In this document: positions 10,210-19,870 of the stretch, one piece after another
Layout of the letters: each line of letters opens with the position of its first letter
How positions within the stretch are numbered: the stretch's first letter is position 1
Source of the DNA: a virus
Lineage: Duplodnaviria > Caudoviricetes
Reading direction: 5' to 3' (one strand)
Virus record (IMG/VR): IMGVR_UViG_2639762716_000004
Span: 100,522 to 164,521 of that record
Length of the DNA stretch: 64,000 nucleotides
Position numbers and translations under genes: made by a program
Notes under the pieces: model-generated
Databases searched by the model: none
What the model was told of the DNA's origin: nothing
Seen by the model: the letters and a program-made list of their open reading frames with translations, nothing else

Positions 10210-10446
10210 CTATTCCGTAAATCCTTCACTTTTCCACCCGCACTTACAATGGAACTCCCAGTAAGTTGTATTGCCCTCTTTCTCCTTTTGAAGCATCCTG
10301 CCTGTTGCTACCGAACGAACATAAATTATAGACATGTTGCCGACTTCCTTAATTCTTTTGTTGCCGCATTCAGGGCATTCTGTGTAATTCATTTCACTTC
10401 TCCTTCCGGCTCCGGCCGCTGATTTGTGTAAGTGCGAATTAATCAA
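10210..10446 (-). CDS. Zinc-ribbon protein (start probably MNYTEC)
   Basis: CPEC...CKCG. Confidence 0.6.
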   Translation of the reverse strand: MINSHLHKSAAGAGRRSEMNYTECPECGNKRIKEVGNMSIIYVRSVATGRMLQKEKEGNTTYWEFHCKCGWKSEGFTE

Positions 10447-10603
10447 TATGCTGTTTTAATTAAGCTTTTTATAAAAATAAAAGTATCTAAACCCTGATAC
10501 TTCTATTTTCATTTTGTCTTTATCCCCTAAACGTTTACACATATCACACTTAATTTTAATACTCTTTTCTCCTTGTCTCTTTCGCTGTTTTGGCGAGACT
10601 ACA

Positions 10604-10828
10604 TTATTTATATTCAAAAATAAATCCCTCTTCTTCTTTTGGAATTTGTGAACATTCGTTTGTTTTCGGCTTAGAATTGACATATATGAACTCTTTATCC
10701 TCGCTTAATATTTCATATTCCTTACCCTTTTTAAAAATAGGATTATTGTGTTCATCCTCAAAGAAAACATCTCTTTTAAAGACAACTAAATCCATTCTTT
10801 TCACCCTTTCCTTTTTTCGCTTTATCAT
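10604..10828 (-). CDS. Hypothetical phage protein
   Basis: 74 aa, coupled to the upstream ORF. Confidence 0.6.
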   Translation of the reverse strand: MIKRKKERVKRMDLVVFKRDVFFEDEHNNPIFKKGKEYEILSEDKEFIYVNSKPKTNECSQIPKEEEGFIFEYK

Positions 10829-11046
10829 TTAACAGCTAACAGCGCCTTCACTTTCGCATATTTTGTTCTGTGCGGTCTTTTATGTATGAATTCAGGTATA
10901 TCTATACGCTTATTAATTTTTGATTTAGTTCTTACAAGAACACGGTTTTCAAGAAACTGAACTTCTTCCACTTTCTGACCATGAGACTCAAAATAAAAAT
11001 CAAAAATCTCTTTAAGCGTCTCATCATTAAGATTGTAATTCATCAT
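10825..11046 (-). CDS. Hypothetical phage protein
   Basis: 73 aa, RBS GGGGAGG. Confidence 0.65.
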   Translation of the reverse strand: MMNYNLNDETLKEIFDFYFESHGQKVEEVQFLENRVLVRTKSKINKRIDIPEFIHKRPHRTKYAKVKALLAVK

Positions 11047-11212
11047 TGTCCCTCCCCTTGGATTCTATATAATCTTTCCAGCTGCAATTCTCAAATACTT
11101 TGATATCTGCTTTCAAATGCCATTTAAACCAGACTAAGTTGAACCAGGCTGTTTCAAATATGTATTTGATGTAACCGATACTTTCATCTCCTCTCTGGAT
11201 AAAATAATCCTT

Positions 11213-11503
11213 TTATTTTAATTCCAATCGTTTAATTAGTTCTGGAGCAATACACGCGGCTAATGACTCTTCATATGTAACCGGGTTTCTCTTTATAGGG
11301 ATATTTCTGATGTGGTTCTTAGCAGCATGTATAAGTGCTTCATCATTTAGTTTGGGATAAAGTGCTTCAAATCCATCAGAATTTGCCCTGGTATTCTTAT
11401 ATCGTTCTAGAGTTACACTGCCTTCTTCAAGTGAATTTACATCAACTCTTTCCCCATTGATTTCAACATGAACCTCATCGCAGCTCTTATTTTTAAAATT
11501 CAC
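11213..11503 (-). CDS. Hypothetical phage protein
   Basis: 96 aa, RBS AAGGGGG; flanked by palindromic sites at 11199 and 11522. Confidence 0.65.
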   Translation of the reverse strand: MNFKNKSCDEVHVEINGERVDVNSLEEGSVTLERYKNTRANSDGFEALYPKLNDEALIHAAKNHIRNIPIKRNPVTYEESLAACIAPELIKRLELK

Positions 11504-11546
11504 GTGCTTTCCCCCTTTTCTTTAAAACAGTCTTTTTATTTTAATT

Positions 11547-12185
11547 TTATTCATAAATCTCTAATCTTCCCCAGCAAGATTCCCATTTAAACTTTATTCC
11601 TAGAATATCATTAATGTCATCATGAAATTTATTCATCATTCTAGTCGCAAAGTGTCTTGCATCCCGCTCGCTTTTCTGTGCAAAATAGCCAGGTTGATCT
11701 CCATCTATATAATTCGAATCTTTAACGCAAGTCATAAACTCATCTTGGTAAGCGTGTCTAAGTTCATGATACAGTGTTTCGAGAATAAAGAGCTTTATAG
11801 TCTGTCTGTAGCAAGTTAAATCTTTTGGATAATTGAATGGATAAATGTGAATAACCCCAAACCCATTTAAACCAACCAGTTGTTTTCTAAAGATCCTTCT
11901 GATGGTTTTTAAGCAAAAAGGTGCTCCAAGTGGGTTCAAAAAATTAAGTAATGCTTGAATTTTATTTTGAAACACAAATATTCTAATCCCTAAGTTATGA
12001 TAATCCTTATGTAGCAGCTGTATACACTTCTCAATCTCTTTTGCACTTATTACAGATGATTTATTCTCTATCAAATTACTTTTTAGGTCTTGCCCCGTTA
12101 TCAATCGAAAATGATTTTGATATAACCTTGCTATATCATCCTCTAAATACATCTTTACTAAGGCATTAGTTTTTTCAGCAATCAC
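11547..12185 (-). CDS. HExxH zinc-metallopeptidase-like protein (DUF3920-like)
   Basis: ETLYHELRHAYQ...SERDAR. Confidence 0.7.
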   Translation of the reverse strand: MIAEKTNALVKMYLEDDIARLYQNHFRLITGQDLKSNLIENKSSVISAKEIEKCIQLLHKDYHNLGIRIFVFQNKIQALLNFLNPLGAPFCLKTIRRIFRKQLVGLNGFGVIHIYPFNYPKDLTCYRQTIKLFILETLYHELRHAYQDEFMTCVKDSNYIDGDQPGYFAQKSERDARHFATRMMNKFHDDINDILGIKFKWESCWGRLEIYE

Positions 12186-12220
12186 TGATCACCTCCTGTA
12201 TTTCATTTAAAACTTCAATT

Positions 12221-12517
12221 TTATTTGATTTCACGCTCATGTATTGTAAAGAGGACAAATGGACAATCATTAAAGTATGAACCCCTTTCAGATTCTTGCA
12301 CTTTAGTCGTCTGATAAAGTTCTTTAAACCTCTTTACTTCCTCATCGTTACGCAATTTAAGTTCAAAGAGAGGCATCCCTACAACGCTCACTCTTGTGTT
12401 CCCAGACCATCCCTCTTGTTCCAGTCGCTTGATTGTTTCCCACATCTCATCCAAGGAATTATGAAACACTTCTATAACCATCTTTTTGGTTTGTTTTTTA
12501 ATAAACATCCTAACCAT
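12221..12517 (-). CDS. Hypothetical phage protein
   Basis: 98 aa ORF in operon. Confidence 0.65.
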   Translation of the reverse strand: MVRMFIKKQTKKMVIEVFHNSLDEMWETIKRLEQEGWSGNTRVSVVGMPLFELKLRNDEEVKRFKELYQTTKVQESERGSYFNDCPFVLFTIHEREIK

Positions 12518-12536
12518 CCTTTTAATTATTTTGAAA

Positions 12537-12809
12537 CTAATTCTTCATCCACGACTTTATGTTTTCTTTGAGCAGGACAACAACCACTACAACCCCCAAC
12601 AAAGTCATGGCCGCGATAAAAGCCTTTTTGTTTCCCAGGAAAAACTCAGCCAGATCCGCATCCATCTGATCTAGTTCTTTTTGAGCTTCCCTTACCAGAT
12701 CTCTTTCAAGAATTTGATCTACAAAAACCATCTTCATTCCTGCCAGAAATCCAATGGCTAACCAAATGAATAAAGCGATTCCCAAGTAGAACACATAATC
12801 ACCTGTCAC
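12537..12809 (-). CDS. Two-TM membrane protein
   Basis: Two hydrophobic segments flanking a charged loop. Confidence 0.65.
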   Translation of the reverse strand: MTGDYVFYLGIALFIWLAIGFLAGMKMVFVDQILERDLVREAQKELDQMDADLAEFFLGNKKAFIAAMTLLGVVVVVVLLKENIKSWMKN

Positions 12810-12812
12810 ACA

Positions 12813-13160
12813 TTATTTTTGAAAGCCTAACCATGGAATCTTATTGGAAGAATCATTTTCTAACAATTCATCACACACCTTGCAAAGAGTCGACTTTGTT
12901 ATTGTCTGATAAAAAGAGTCTTTTCTACCGCAGCATTGGCAACTCAAATCAAATGCATTAGATTCTCTCTTTTGCTTCCTTTGCATGGCATTCCCAGTTA
13001 ATATTATTTCTGATTGATATAAATCCCCGCTCTTTACACGTGCTTCCGTACTCCAAGGAAAAACTGATTTTTTCAGCACTCTATAAACTGACAAGTTCAA
13101 GGGGCTTTGTTTAATTTTCTGAAAATCCCTGTTGTCCGTAAGATCTACGTTTCTTTTCAT
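12813..13160 (-). CDS. Hypothetical protein with C-terminal zinc finger
   Basis: CQCC...CKVC. Confidence 0.65.
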   Translation of the reverse strand: MKRNVDLTDNRDFQKIKQSPLNLSVYRVLKKSVFPWSTEARVKSGDLYQSEIILTGNAMQRKQKRESNAFDLSCQCCGRKDSFYQTITKSTLCKVCDELLENDSSNKIPWLGFQK

Positions 13161-13894
13161 TGCTTATTCCCAAAAAGCTTTTTTAACCAACTTGAACGTT
13201 TATGTAGTTTATGTAGCTTACGTTCTCGATTTATTCTGAACCCGTCAACGCTGTCATCCATATTATTTAGTTGATTTTTTAATTGCTTTATGTCTTGAGG
13301 AGTACTGATTGTTATTGAAATATCCTTGTTCTTAGATCTCTTGACTTCAGAAATCATTTTGTCCAAAGTTAAATCGCAATACTCGTCTTCCCAATCACCT
13401 ATGTAATAAAACCGTTCAATTAAAGTACCACTAGATTCATCTTGAAATGTTCCAAAAAGAATTGGATCTTTATCCCGCCTTTCTTTCTCCACCTGTTTTT
13501 CGATCCTCCCTGTATAGTCAGTAAACACAACGTAAAATCGGTCGAATTTATCGCTTACTTTTTCATATTTATGAATCACGTCATCAGGGATCTCTCGTTC
13601 ATAGTTCTCAAGCTCAATGATCTTTACAGTGTTTTTTGCAATATTGTCTATGAATTCCTCAATATCATCTCTATAAATAAAAGTATCGATTCCCAGCTTC
13701 ACAATTTCACGTTCTTTTTCAATTGTTTCAAGATGAAAAATCAGCTTTTTTGCTGCCTTAACTTGGTTAGTTCTGTTATATTTGTTTAATAACACTAAAC
13801 AATTATCGTAATATTGCTGAAGAACTTCATCTGTAACTTTGTTTTGTTTCGACTTAACCATTTCGAAATATTGACTTGGTTGCAAAACCTCCAT
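13157..13894 (-). CDS. Conserved phage protein
   Basis: 245 aa, KDPILFG...FYYIGDWEDE motif, RBS GGGAG. Confidence 0.8.
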   Translation of the reverse strand: MEVLQPSQYFEMVKSKQNKVTDEVLQQYYDNCLVLLNKYNRTNQVKAAKKLIFHLETIEKEREIVKLGIDTFIYRDDIEEFIDNIAKNTVKIIELENYEREIPDDVIHKYEKVSDKFDRFYVVFTDYTGRIEKQVEKERRDKDPILFGTFQDESSGTLIERFYYIGDWEDEYCDLTLDKMISEVKRSKNKDISITISTPQDIKQLKNQLNNMDDSVDGFRINRERKLHKLHKRSSWLKKLFGNKQ

Positions 13895-13962
13895 GAATCA
13901 TACTCCCTTTTTAATTTGTTTAAAATACATCTTTTATTTAAAACGATGATTCAATCATACTT

Positions 13963-14202
13963 TTAATTAACTTTAGATTTCTTCATTATCACAAAATATT
14001 CGAATCGACTTGAATATGTACGTTTATTGCAGTTATGTAGTACTGTTTCTACACATCTTTTTGAAATACGTTGAGCGCACTCCCATCCTACTGCCTCTTT
14101 TTCTCTAATTCTTTTTAATAAGCTAATTTTATTGTAATCTTTCATAAAAATTTTCGTTGGGTATGCTGCAATCATTCTCTTCCCTCTCCTCAAGTAGTTC
14201 AT
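13963..14202 (-). CDS. Hypothetical phage protein
   Basis: Basic ORF overlapping the upstream gene. Confidence 0.5.
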   Translation of the reverse strand: MNYLRRGKRMIAAYPTKIFMKDYNKISLLKRIREKEAVGWECAQRISKRCVETVLHNCNKRTYSSRFEYFVIMKKSKVN

Positions 14203-14359
14203 TTAGTATGTATGTTGCTTCCTGGGCGTTTTCGATGACAAAATGCAAATCCCCGATTGCCCGTCTGAAATCCCCTTGTTTCATGTCATGTAGTGCTCTA
14301 CTGTGTGAATCAAGTATCTTCTTCATCTTTTGAAAAACAATCTCTATCTTTAACACCAC
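14129..14359 (-). CDS. Hypothetical phage protein
   Basis: 76 aa, follows an operator-containing promoter region. Confidence 0.55.
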   Translation of the reverse strand: MVLKIEIVFQKMKKILDSHSRALHDMKQGDFRRAIGDLHFVIENAQEATYILNELLEEREENDCSIPNENFYERLQ

Positions 14360-14474
14360 CCTTATTATACTTTTAATTTGTTTATATTGTATTATACAGA
14401 AAATGTTTAGTCAATAGGGATTTGAAAAGTCATTAAATTTATTTACTTTCATCCATCCCTATTGACATTGACTG

Positions 14475-14669
14475 TCATCTGATTTTGAAGATGAACTCGT
14501 TGATTTCATTTCTTAACTTCACTATATCTTCAGTGGTAATCGTTAATTTCAAATTGCTCTCGGTTTTGTCATGAAGGACTATCACGGCCGAAAACTTATT
14601 AGACGAAAGACTTTTGCTCTTCAATTTGATTTCAATGTTATCTAAGGCAATATCAATTGATATATCCAT
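14475..14669 (-). CDS. Hypothetical phage protein
   Basis: 64 aa, RBS AAAGGA. Confidence 0.6.
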   Translation of the reverse strand: MDISIDIALDNIEIKLKSKSLSSNKFSAVIVLHDKTESNLKLTITTEDIVKLRNEINEFIFKIR

Positions 14670-14682
14670 TTCAGTTGTCCTT

Positions 14683-14961
14683 TTAAATTTTAATCATTTG
14701 ATTCAATGCTGCATCTGTATCCTCTATATAGCCGTCTTCCCATTCTTCTGTGTCTTCAACTTCATACTCAAGGTTACAGATATCAAACTCTTCAGCTTCC
14801 CCGTCTATATTTATAAAAACAATTTTGTAAGCCTCTTGCAATTTCTCAAGTAAAAATTCAGCTTTGTTTTTTGAAGATTTCACAGAGTCTGCTGAATTCT
14901 CAATGAAAATGTCAATCTGTAGCAAGCAATTGTTTAGATATTTTTGTTGTGCCATTATCAT
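14683..14961 (-). CDS. Acidic hypothetical protein downstream of an SOS box
   Basis: 92 aa, very acidic C-half. Confidence 0.65.
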   Translation of the reverse strand: MIMAQQKYLNNCLLQIDIFIENSADSVKSSKNKAEFLLEKLQEAYKIVFINIDGEAEEFDICNLEYEVEDTEEWEDGYIEDTDAALNQMIKI

Positions 14962-14985
14962 TTCCCCTATATAATGAATTTCCGG

Positions 14986-15005
14986 AACAGAACGCTTGTT
15001 CTGTT
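14986..15005. promoter_or_regulatory. LexA (SOS/Cheo) box
   Basis: AACAGAAC-GCTT-GTTCTGTT contains GAAC-N4-GTTC with perfect 8-bp arms. Confidence 0.65.
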
Positions 15006-15310
15006 TTGTTCGTGAGTTTATTATACCTCTTTTTGCTAAACATTTCTAGAGGTATTTTTATATCCTCAAATCACTAGGCTAAAAGACCTTATTTATAATA
15101 TTCTGAAAGTATATCCTAAATAAAAAGGACTTATGACTTATTATACTCACCAACATCTCTTTGTTCCGTATGACTATGTTACTATATGTCAATTCTTAAG
15201 AGAATAGCTATTTTTGTCTCATTATGTCGAATAGACTCATTTGAATGGATTTCTCCGATAAATCTACTCAAAATTTTATTGAATTTTCAAATCTGATTTT
15301 TAGTAAAATA

Positions 15311-15337
15311 AAAAAGCACCCCTACTCTGGGCGCTCA
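15311..15337 (-). terminator. Intrinsic terminator after the yopR-like gene
   Basis: GAGCGCCC-AGAGTA-GGGGTGCT followed by a T-run. Confidence 0.65.
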
Positions 15338-15342
15338 TTTCA

Positions 15343-16356
15343 TTAACGCATTTTAATGCCGTCTTTAATTCCAAGTTCTTTAGCGTAATACTTTTTAATC
15401 TCTTCTTCATTTACATACTGTTTGATGCTATAAATTTTTTTAGATAAGTCATCATACCGTTCACTTCTTTTGTTGATGATCTGCTCATAATCCTTTTTCT
15501 CTAATTTACCCTTTTCCTTATATATTTTATAGCCTTCATACAAAACACCAGATCTATTTATCCTTGTCGGATTTAAGAAAGGGTAATCATTAACTTCTGG
15601 GGCCAATACAGTCCTCATCGTATAAACAACAACATTAAAAGAAGATCTCTCTAAGTCTTTTTGGGTACTTGTTTTTTTATTCCGAATAACATATTCATTA
15701 TCCGCTAATGTAAACATACTCCCTTTTGATGATTCTGAAGCTCCATTCTTGTTATGATATTTATTTTCATCTGCTGAAAGAATGCATTCATTTAGACATT
15801 TATCGCTGACCTTGATTTCCCTTGAGCCATATTTATCATCATGCACAGTTAAGATGTTTCCGTTTTCTTTGGCTTTTAGAACATCGGCTTTTTTTAAATT
15901 ACGTATTTCACTACATCTATGCCCCTGAACTCCATCAAACAGCAGCATAAACATAGCTCTATCCCTATGATTTACTAAAGTGTCAATAATCCCTTCAAAT
16001 TCATTAGCAGTAATATAAAGTTTTTTTCCTTCGTCAATACAATTTTTAACATCTTCAATTGTCAGATCTCTAGACAAGTTTGTAGTGCCTTTAGTTATTT
16101 TTTGATAAATCGCCCAATCAATATACTTTGTAATGTGTGACCAGCAGCTCAATAAAGATGAAGTTGTAGATCTATTCAAGAGTGTCAAATAATCAAGGAT
16201 TTCATTAGAGTTAAAATCATAAAGATCTTTCTTTAAAAATTTTTCCACCTCTGCTCCTCTTCTAAATATAGAAAGGATTTGAGGCACCTCTTTCTCATTG
16301 ACTATTTCTAAAAATTTATTCTTTATATCCTCATTATATAATTTCATTATAAGCAC
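15343..16356 (-). CDS. yopR: Master repressor MrpR/SroF (integrase fold, catalytically degenerate)
   Basis: Integrase-like fold (RDRAMFMLLFDGVQG) lacking the canonical R and HxxR residues; last gene of the arbitrium-downstream operon. Confidence 0.8.
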   Translation of the reverse strand: MLIMKLYNEDIKNKFLEIVNEKEVPQILSIFRRGAEVEKFLKKDLYDFNSNEILDYLTLLNRSTTSSLLSCWSHITKYIDWAIYQKITKGTTNLSRDLTIEDVKNCIDEGKKLYITANEFEGIIDTLVNHRDRAMFMLLFDGVQGHRCSEIRNLKKADVLKAKENGNILTVHDDKYGSREIKVSDKCLNECILSADENKYHNKNGASESSKGSMFTLADNEYVIRNKKTSTQKDLERSSFNVVVYTMRTVLAPEVNDYPFLNPTRINRSGVLYEGYKIYKEKGKLEKKDYEQIINKRSERYDDLSKKIYSIKQYVNEEEIKKYYAKELGIKDGIKMR

Positions 16357-16364
16357 CTCTAAAC

Positions 16365-17741
16365 TTAGACATCTAACTTGGAAAAGTAATCAATCACATG
16401 TTTTAAGCCGTACCTAAACTGAACATGCTTTTTATTATTTAATACTTTTAGACTTTTCCATAAATCGTTATCCATGGAAAAATCAACATTCAAAAGTGCC
16501 TTATCGATTTCCTCGGCAGATTTTGACTCCTGTTTCATTTTTACTCCTAATGCTAAAATGCCTATTATAACAGGAGACGCGGTGATTAGACTTCTTCTCT
16601 CTTTACCAAATGAATGATTTGTAAAATCATCAATATATGAATTAAAAACAGTGTTGAACACTTCTGTAAGATACATGCCCAACTTTCTTGCCTCAGCTAA
16701 ATTATCCACTTTGTAATTTAAAGCATTGAGAACCATTTTTAATCCCGAAACAAACCTTTGGAATGTAATGACGAATTTTTCATTTCTAAAAATTTCATCA
16801 CTATTTACTTTAATGTACTCACCTATATCACTGTTATCTCTAATAAAATTAATAATAGTTGACAGATAATCATTCTCACTCATTTCTGCAACTTTAGATT
16901 TTGCTACAGGGTTGATGGTGTTTTGTTGTCCAAAATGTTTTCTCGCTTTTTTCATTGTATAGTTATACAAATCAACTTTCAAATAAAAATCGTTAACGCT
17001 TGGATTCCTTCTGAATGCTCTATTTATACCGTTCAATCTGTGCCATCCATCAATCACATCTAATTGCGTCCCTTTAGTGACAGTTAATTTTCTCTCTTCC
17101 GGATCAAATAACAGTTCAATTCCCTCTTCTGAGCTGCCTAATAAGGCGTTGAAAGTCAATACTGATTTATTTAAATCATTTTGTTCCACTAATTTTGCAA
17201 TTGCTTCAACCGAAGCCTCAACAAGATCGGGAACTGGTATTTCATCTTCAATCTCTTCGATATAAAGTGTTTTATCTGTTCTCTGAGCTTTTGGATTATA
17301 GCGCAATAACTGTGATTCATATAGTTTATGCAGTTCACTTGCCTTAACAAGAAAAATAAAATTATCTTCTGAAACCTTTGTTACATCTGTAAATGTATAA
17401 GGAAATGAAACCTCTTCACTCTCGTAACCCTCCCAATTTAATTCCATCTCCTTAATACGGTTAGGGGGAAAATAATTTTCCGGTGAAATTGTTTCATCTC
17501 TTGTTAAAGTATACAAATTTTTTGCAAGAAAATATTTTTCAATTGTTGTAAAAACAGCATTTGGATTACTCAATTGTTTAAAAAGCTCCTGCGTTTTACC
17601 AGGCTGGAATTTATCTTTAGCCATCAAATTTCTAAAAGAAATCATTAATTTATTATCGTGTTGTATTTTTAATTTAATATCAAGTAGCCCATCCATTAAT
17701 TTTTTATCTGCTTCCGCATCAAAAATGATTGGAGAATTCAT
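16365..17741 (-). CDS. yopQ: DndB/ParB-like domain regulator SroE
   Basis: VIDGWHR motif, 458 aa, synteny. Confidence 0.8.
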   Translation of the reverse strand: MNSPIIFDAEADKKLMDGLLDIKLKIQHDNKLMISFRNLMAKDKFQPGKTQELFKQLSNPNAVFTTIEKYFLAKNLYTLTRDETISPENYFPPNRIKEMELNWEGYESEEVSFPYTFTDVTKVSEDNFIFLVKASELHKLYESQLLRYNPKAQRTDKTLYIEEIEDEIPVPDLVEASVEAIAKLVEQNDLNKSVLTFNALLGSSEEGIELLFDPEERKLTVTKGTQLDVIDGWHRLNGINRAFRRNPSVNDFYLKVDLYNYTMKKARKHFGQQNTINPVAKSKVAEMSENDYLSTIINFIRDNSDIGEYIKVNSDEIFRNEKFVITFQRFVSGLKMVLNALNYKVDNLAEARKLGMYLTEVFNTVFNSYIDDFTNHSFGKERRSLITASPVIIGILALGVKMKQESKSAEEIDKALLNVDFSMDNDLWKSLKVLNNKKHVQFRYGLKHVIDYFSKLDV

Positions 17742-17798
17742 TACATCACCTCATTTAATCTAAATTAAATGTAGCAGATCGCCTTTTTTTAATCAAGA

Positions 17799-18899
17799 TT
17801 ATAATGGTTTAACCGCGAAAAAATGTAATGCCTTTCTTAAAGTTTGTTTATCACACTGCTCAAAAAAACGTAAGAATTCTTCTTTTGTAATGTCTTTCAA
17901 AATTGATACATCTAATTCTTCATCCATTATAATACCTGCAGTCTGTGAAATGTCTTTATTATCATTTAAATAACGTAGTGTTGTGTCGAATCTGCTGTGG
18001 TCTGCTTGCTTCATTGCAGCTCTATAATCTTTCCCTGTCGCCTCAAATACTTCAGTTATTCCCACACCCCTAAATGAATGAGGCACTATACCTTTTTCTT
18101 CTGGTATTCCAAGTCTTTTTAATGCACGCTTTAGAGATTCTCTAAAAGCGTCTTCAGAAAGTCCTTCAAACACTCTGTCAGTGTCTTTTGTTTCTTCGCT
18201 CCTTAATGCAAGTAACTGTTCATAGAACACTCTGTGTATACCTGTAGTACGCAATTTCGCCCCCTTGTCAATGACAGTGACTCTAAACCAATCTGGGTTT
18301 TCAGCAGAAACCTCAAAATCACACCATCTAACGTACAGGGCAGCCGATATTCTGAAAGATGATCTAAGCAAAAAACCTCCGAACAATTTTTTTAAAAGTG
18401 GTTTTTGCTTTTCATAAATGAACATATTTTCACAGATCATCTCTGCTTGAATTTGGGAAGTGTTTGCCCTAGTTCTCTTTATTTCAGGACTTCTTTTAAT
18501 TTTATAGAAAGCATCATCGTCTACAAATTCAGGATACAGTCTCTTGAGTTCCGAGTGAAGCGATTTCAATGCCGCGATCTTTCGATTAATTGTTGTGTTA
18601 GCTAATCCCTTCTGTGCAAGATGGTGTTTAAATGCCAAAACATCTGACCTTTTAAAAGACAGATGCTCCTCTTTTAAAAATTCAATTTCAGTTTTACAAT
18701 AAAATCTAAAGAACTGCTTTATATCACCTAAATAATTTATTGCTGTGTTTGATTGAAGTCCATACTTGGATTTTTTCTTTTGTTTTCTGTCAAATCCTTT
18801 AACATTCCCGGCCAAGCTTTCGGTGTCTTTCTCTCTTAAATAGGTTAAAATATCATTAAAGACCGAGTATTCCCGGATAGGCTTAACTTCAGCACCCAT
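17799..18899 (-). CDS. yopP: Tyrosine recombinase-family protein SroD
   Basis: Full catalytic set: SSFR, DKG, HSFR, DH...RY; synteny. Confidence 0.85.
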   Translation of the reverse strand: MGAEVKPIREYSVFNDILTYLREKDTESLAGNVKGFDRKQKKKSKYGLQSNTAINYLGDIKQFFRFYCKTEIEFLKEEHLSFKRSDVLAFKHHLAQKGLANTTINRKIAALKSLHSELKRLYPEFVDDDAFYKIKRSPEIKRTRANTSQIQAEMICENMFIYEKQKPLLKKLFGGFLLRSSFRISAALYVRWCDFEVSAENPDWFRVTVIDKGAKLRTTGIHRVFYEQLLALRSEETKDTDRVFEGLSEDAFRESLKRALKRLGIPEEKGIVPHSFRGVGITEVFEATGKDYRAAMKQADHSRFDTTLRYLNDNKDISQTAGIIMDEELDVSILKDITKEEFLRFFEQCDKQTLRKALHFFAVKPL

Positions 18900-18941
18900 T
18901 ACCCGTGCCCCCCTTTTTATAAGCTATATTATGTATTCAAT

Positions 18942-19262
18942 TTATACTTTTAATTTGTGTTTATTTTGATAAAAAACTCCAAATTCGTTTAATGCGTCTT
19001 CTTTTATGTCTAATAAAAATTTTAGAGCTTCTTTATTTTTTTCTTTCTTTTCAAAGAGATCACTACAAGTTATTCTAATAATTTTAATCGATTCGTTTAT
19101 TTGCTTAAAAAATTCATCTATTCTTAATTTCGCTCTAAACAACTCCATTGAGCTGTTGGATTGTAATAATTGATGTCTAATATGTAGCCTTTCGTCTTCA
19201 AACGTTTTTAAAACCTCTTCATAATCATTATCTACTTTTAATTTATTTTTTATACTTCTCAT
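18942..19262 (-). CDS. Arbitrium-operon small protein (YopN/SroB position)
   Basis: 106 aa helical protein directly upstream of yopP. Confidence 0.6.
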   Translation of the reverse strand: MRSIKNKLKVDNDYEEVLKTFEDERLHIRHQLLQSNSSMELFRAKLRIDEFFKQINESIKIIRITCSDLFEKKEKNKEALKFLLDIKEDALNEFGVFYQNKHKLKV

Positions 19263-19468
19263 TTATTTTCCCCTATTTGTGCACTTAGTAGCGCCATATA
19301 ACCTTTAGTGAGTTCTTTTCTAATATTTTTTCTCTTTTCTTTATCTAGCAGCTCTGTTTCATGTTCAACATCAAAAATCCATTTATCTCCATACTTTCTC
19401 AATTTATTTTCATATGCTTGTTTAAAGTACTCAATTGTGTTATTGCTTTGTTGGCCGCATGGAACCAT
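19259..19468 (-). CDS. Arbitrium-operon small protein (YopM/SroA position)
   Basis: 69 aa, RBS GAGGGG; sigmaA promoter TTTACA-17-TAAAAT at 19513-19541. Confidence 0.6.
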   Translation of the reverse strand: MVPCGQQSNNTIEYFKQAYENKLRKYGDKWIFDVEHETELLDKEKRKNIRKELTKGYMALLSAQIGENK

Positions 19469-19570
19469 ATTCTAAACCCCTCTCTAACTAAACTATTTAT
19501 TAATATATTATCATTTTAATTGATATAAGAAGCTTTGTAAACCCTTTTAGATTATTTTTCCACGGCAAAT

Positions 19571-19602
19571 AGCACATTCTTTTTGGCTTTTTTGAATGTG
19601 CT
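19571..19602. promoter_or_regulatory. Inverted repeat in the aimX region (candidate AimR operator or RNA hairpin)
   Basis: AGCACATTC-N14-GAATGTGCT between the aimP terminator and the downstream operon promoter. Confidence 0.45.
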
Positions 19603-19663
19603 GCATGAGTTATTAATTTACTGAAATGGTGAACTTGAATTTCAATAAAAATTATAAGAAAAT

Positions 19664-19696
19664 GGAAAAGACGCTTGACTTAAATGTCAAACGTCC
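19664..19696 (-). terminator. Terminator after aimP
   Basis: GACGTTTGAC-ATTTAA-GTCAAGCGTC-TTTT on the minus strand. Confidence 0.65.
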
Positions 19697-19725
19697 AGTT
19701 ATGTATAAAGTGCTTTTATTTAATT

Positions 19726-19842
19726 TTATGCTCCAACTGTAAACCCTGCAATGGAATAGCCGCTGTTGTTAACTTGGGAAGCAACGTATCCTACTGCCAG
19801 AAGAGTAGCTGAAACAAAGATTCCGATCAATAATTTCTTCAT
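19726..19842 (-). CDS. aimP: Arbitrium pro-peptide AimP, 38 aa, predicted mature peptide GFTVGA
   Basis: Manual translation MKKLLIGIFVSATLLAVGYVASQVNNSGYSIAGFTVGA*, RBS AAAGGAGGTG, directly after aimR; not in the ORF track. Confidence 0.93.
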   Translation of the reverse strand: MKKLLIGIFVSATLLAVGYVASQVNNSGYSIAGFTVGA

Positions 19843-19870
19843 AGTATCACCTCCTTTGAAGGATAATGAA

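Noticed and set aside
15343-16356. Active prophage integrase
   Set aside because: Catalytic residues are degenerate; position matches the repressor YopR; no att site nearby
19700-19720. Cassette-type palindrome after aimP
   Set aside because: ATAAAG-tgc-TTTTAT has the wrong spacing; similar loose matches at ~7895, ~22122 and ~23875 were also not counted
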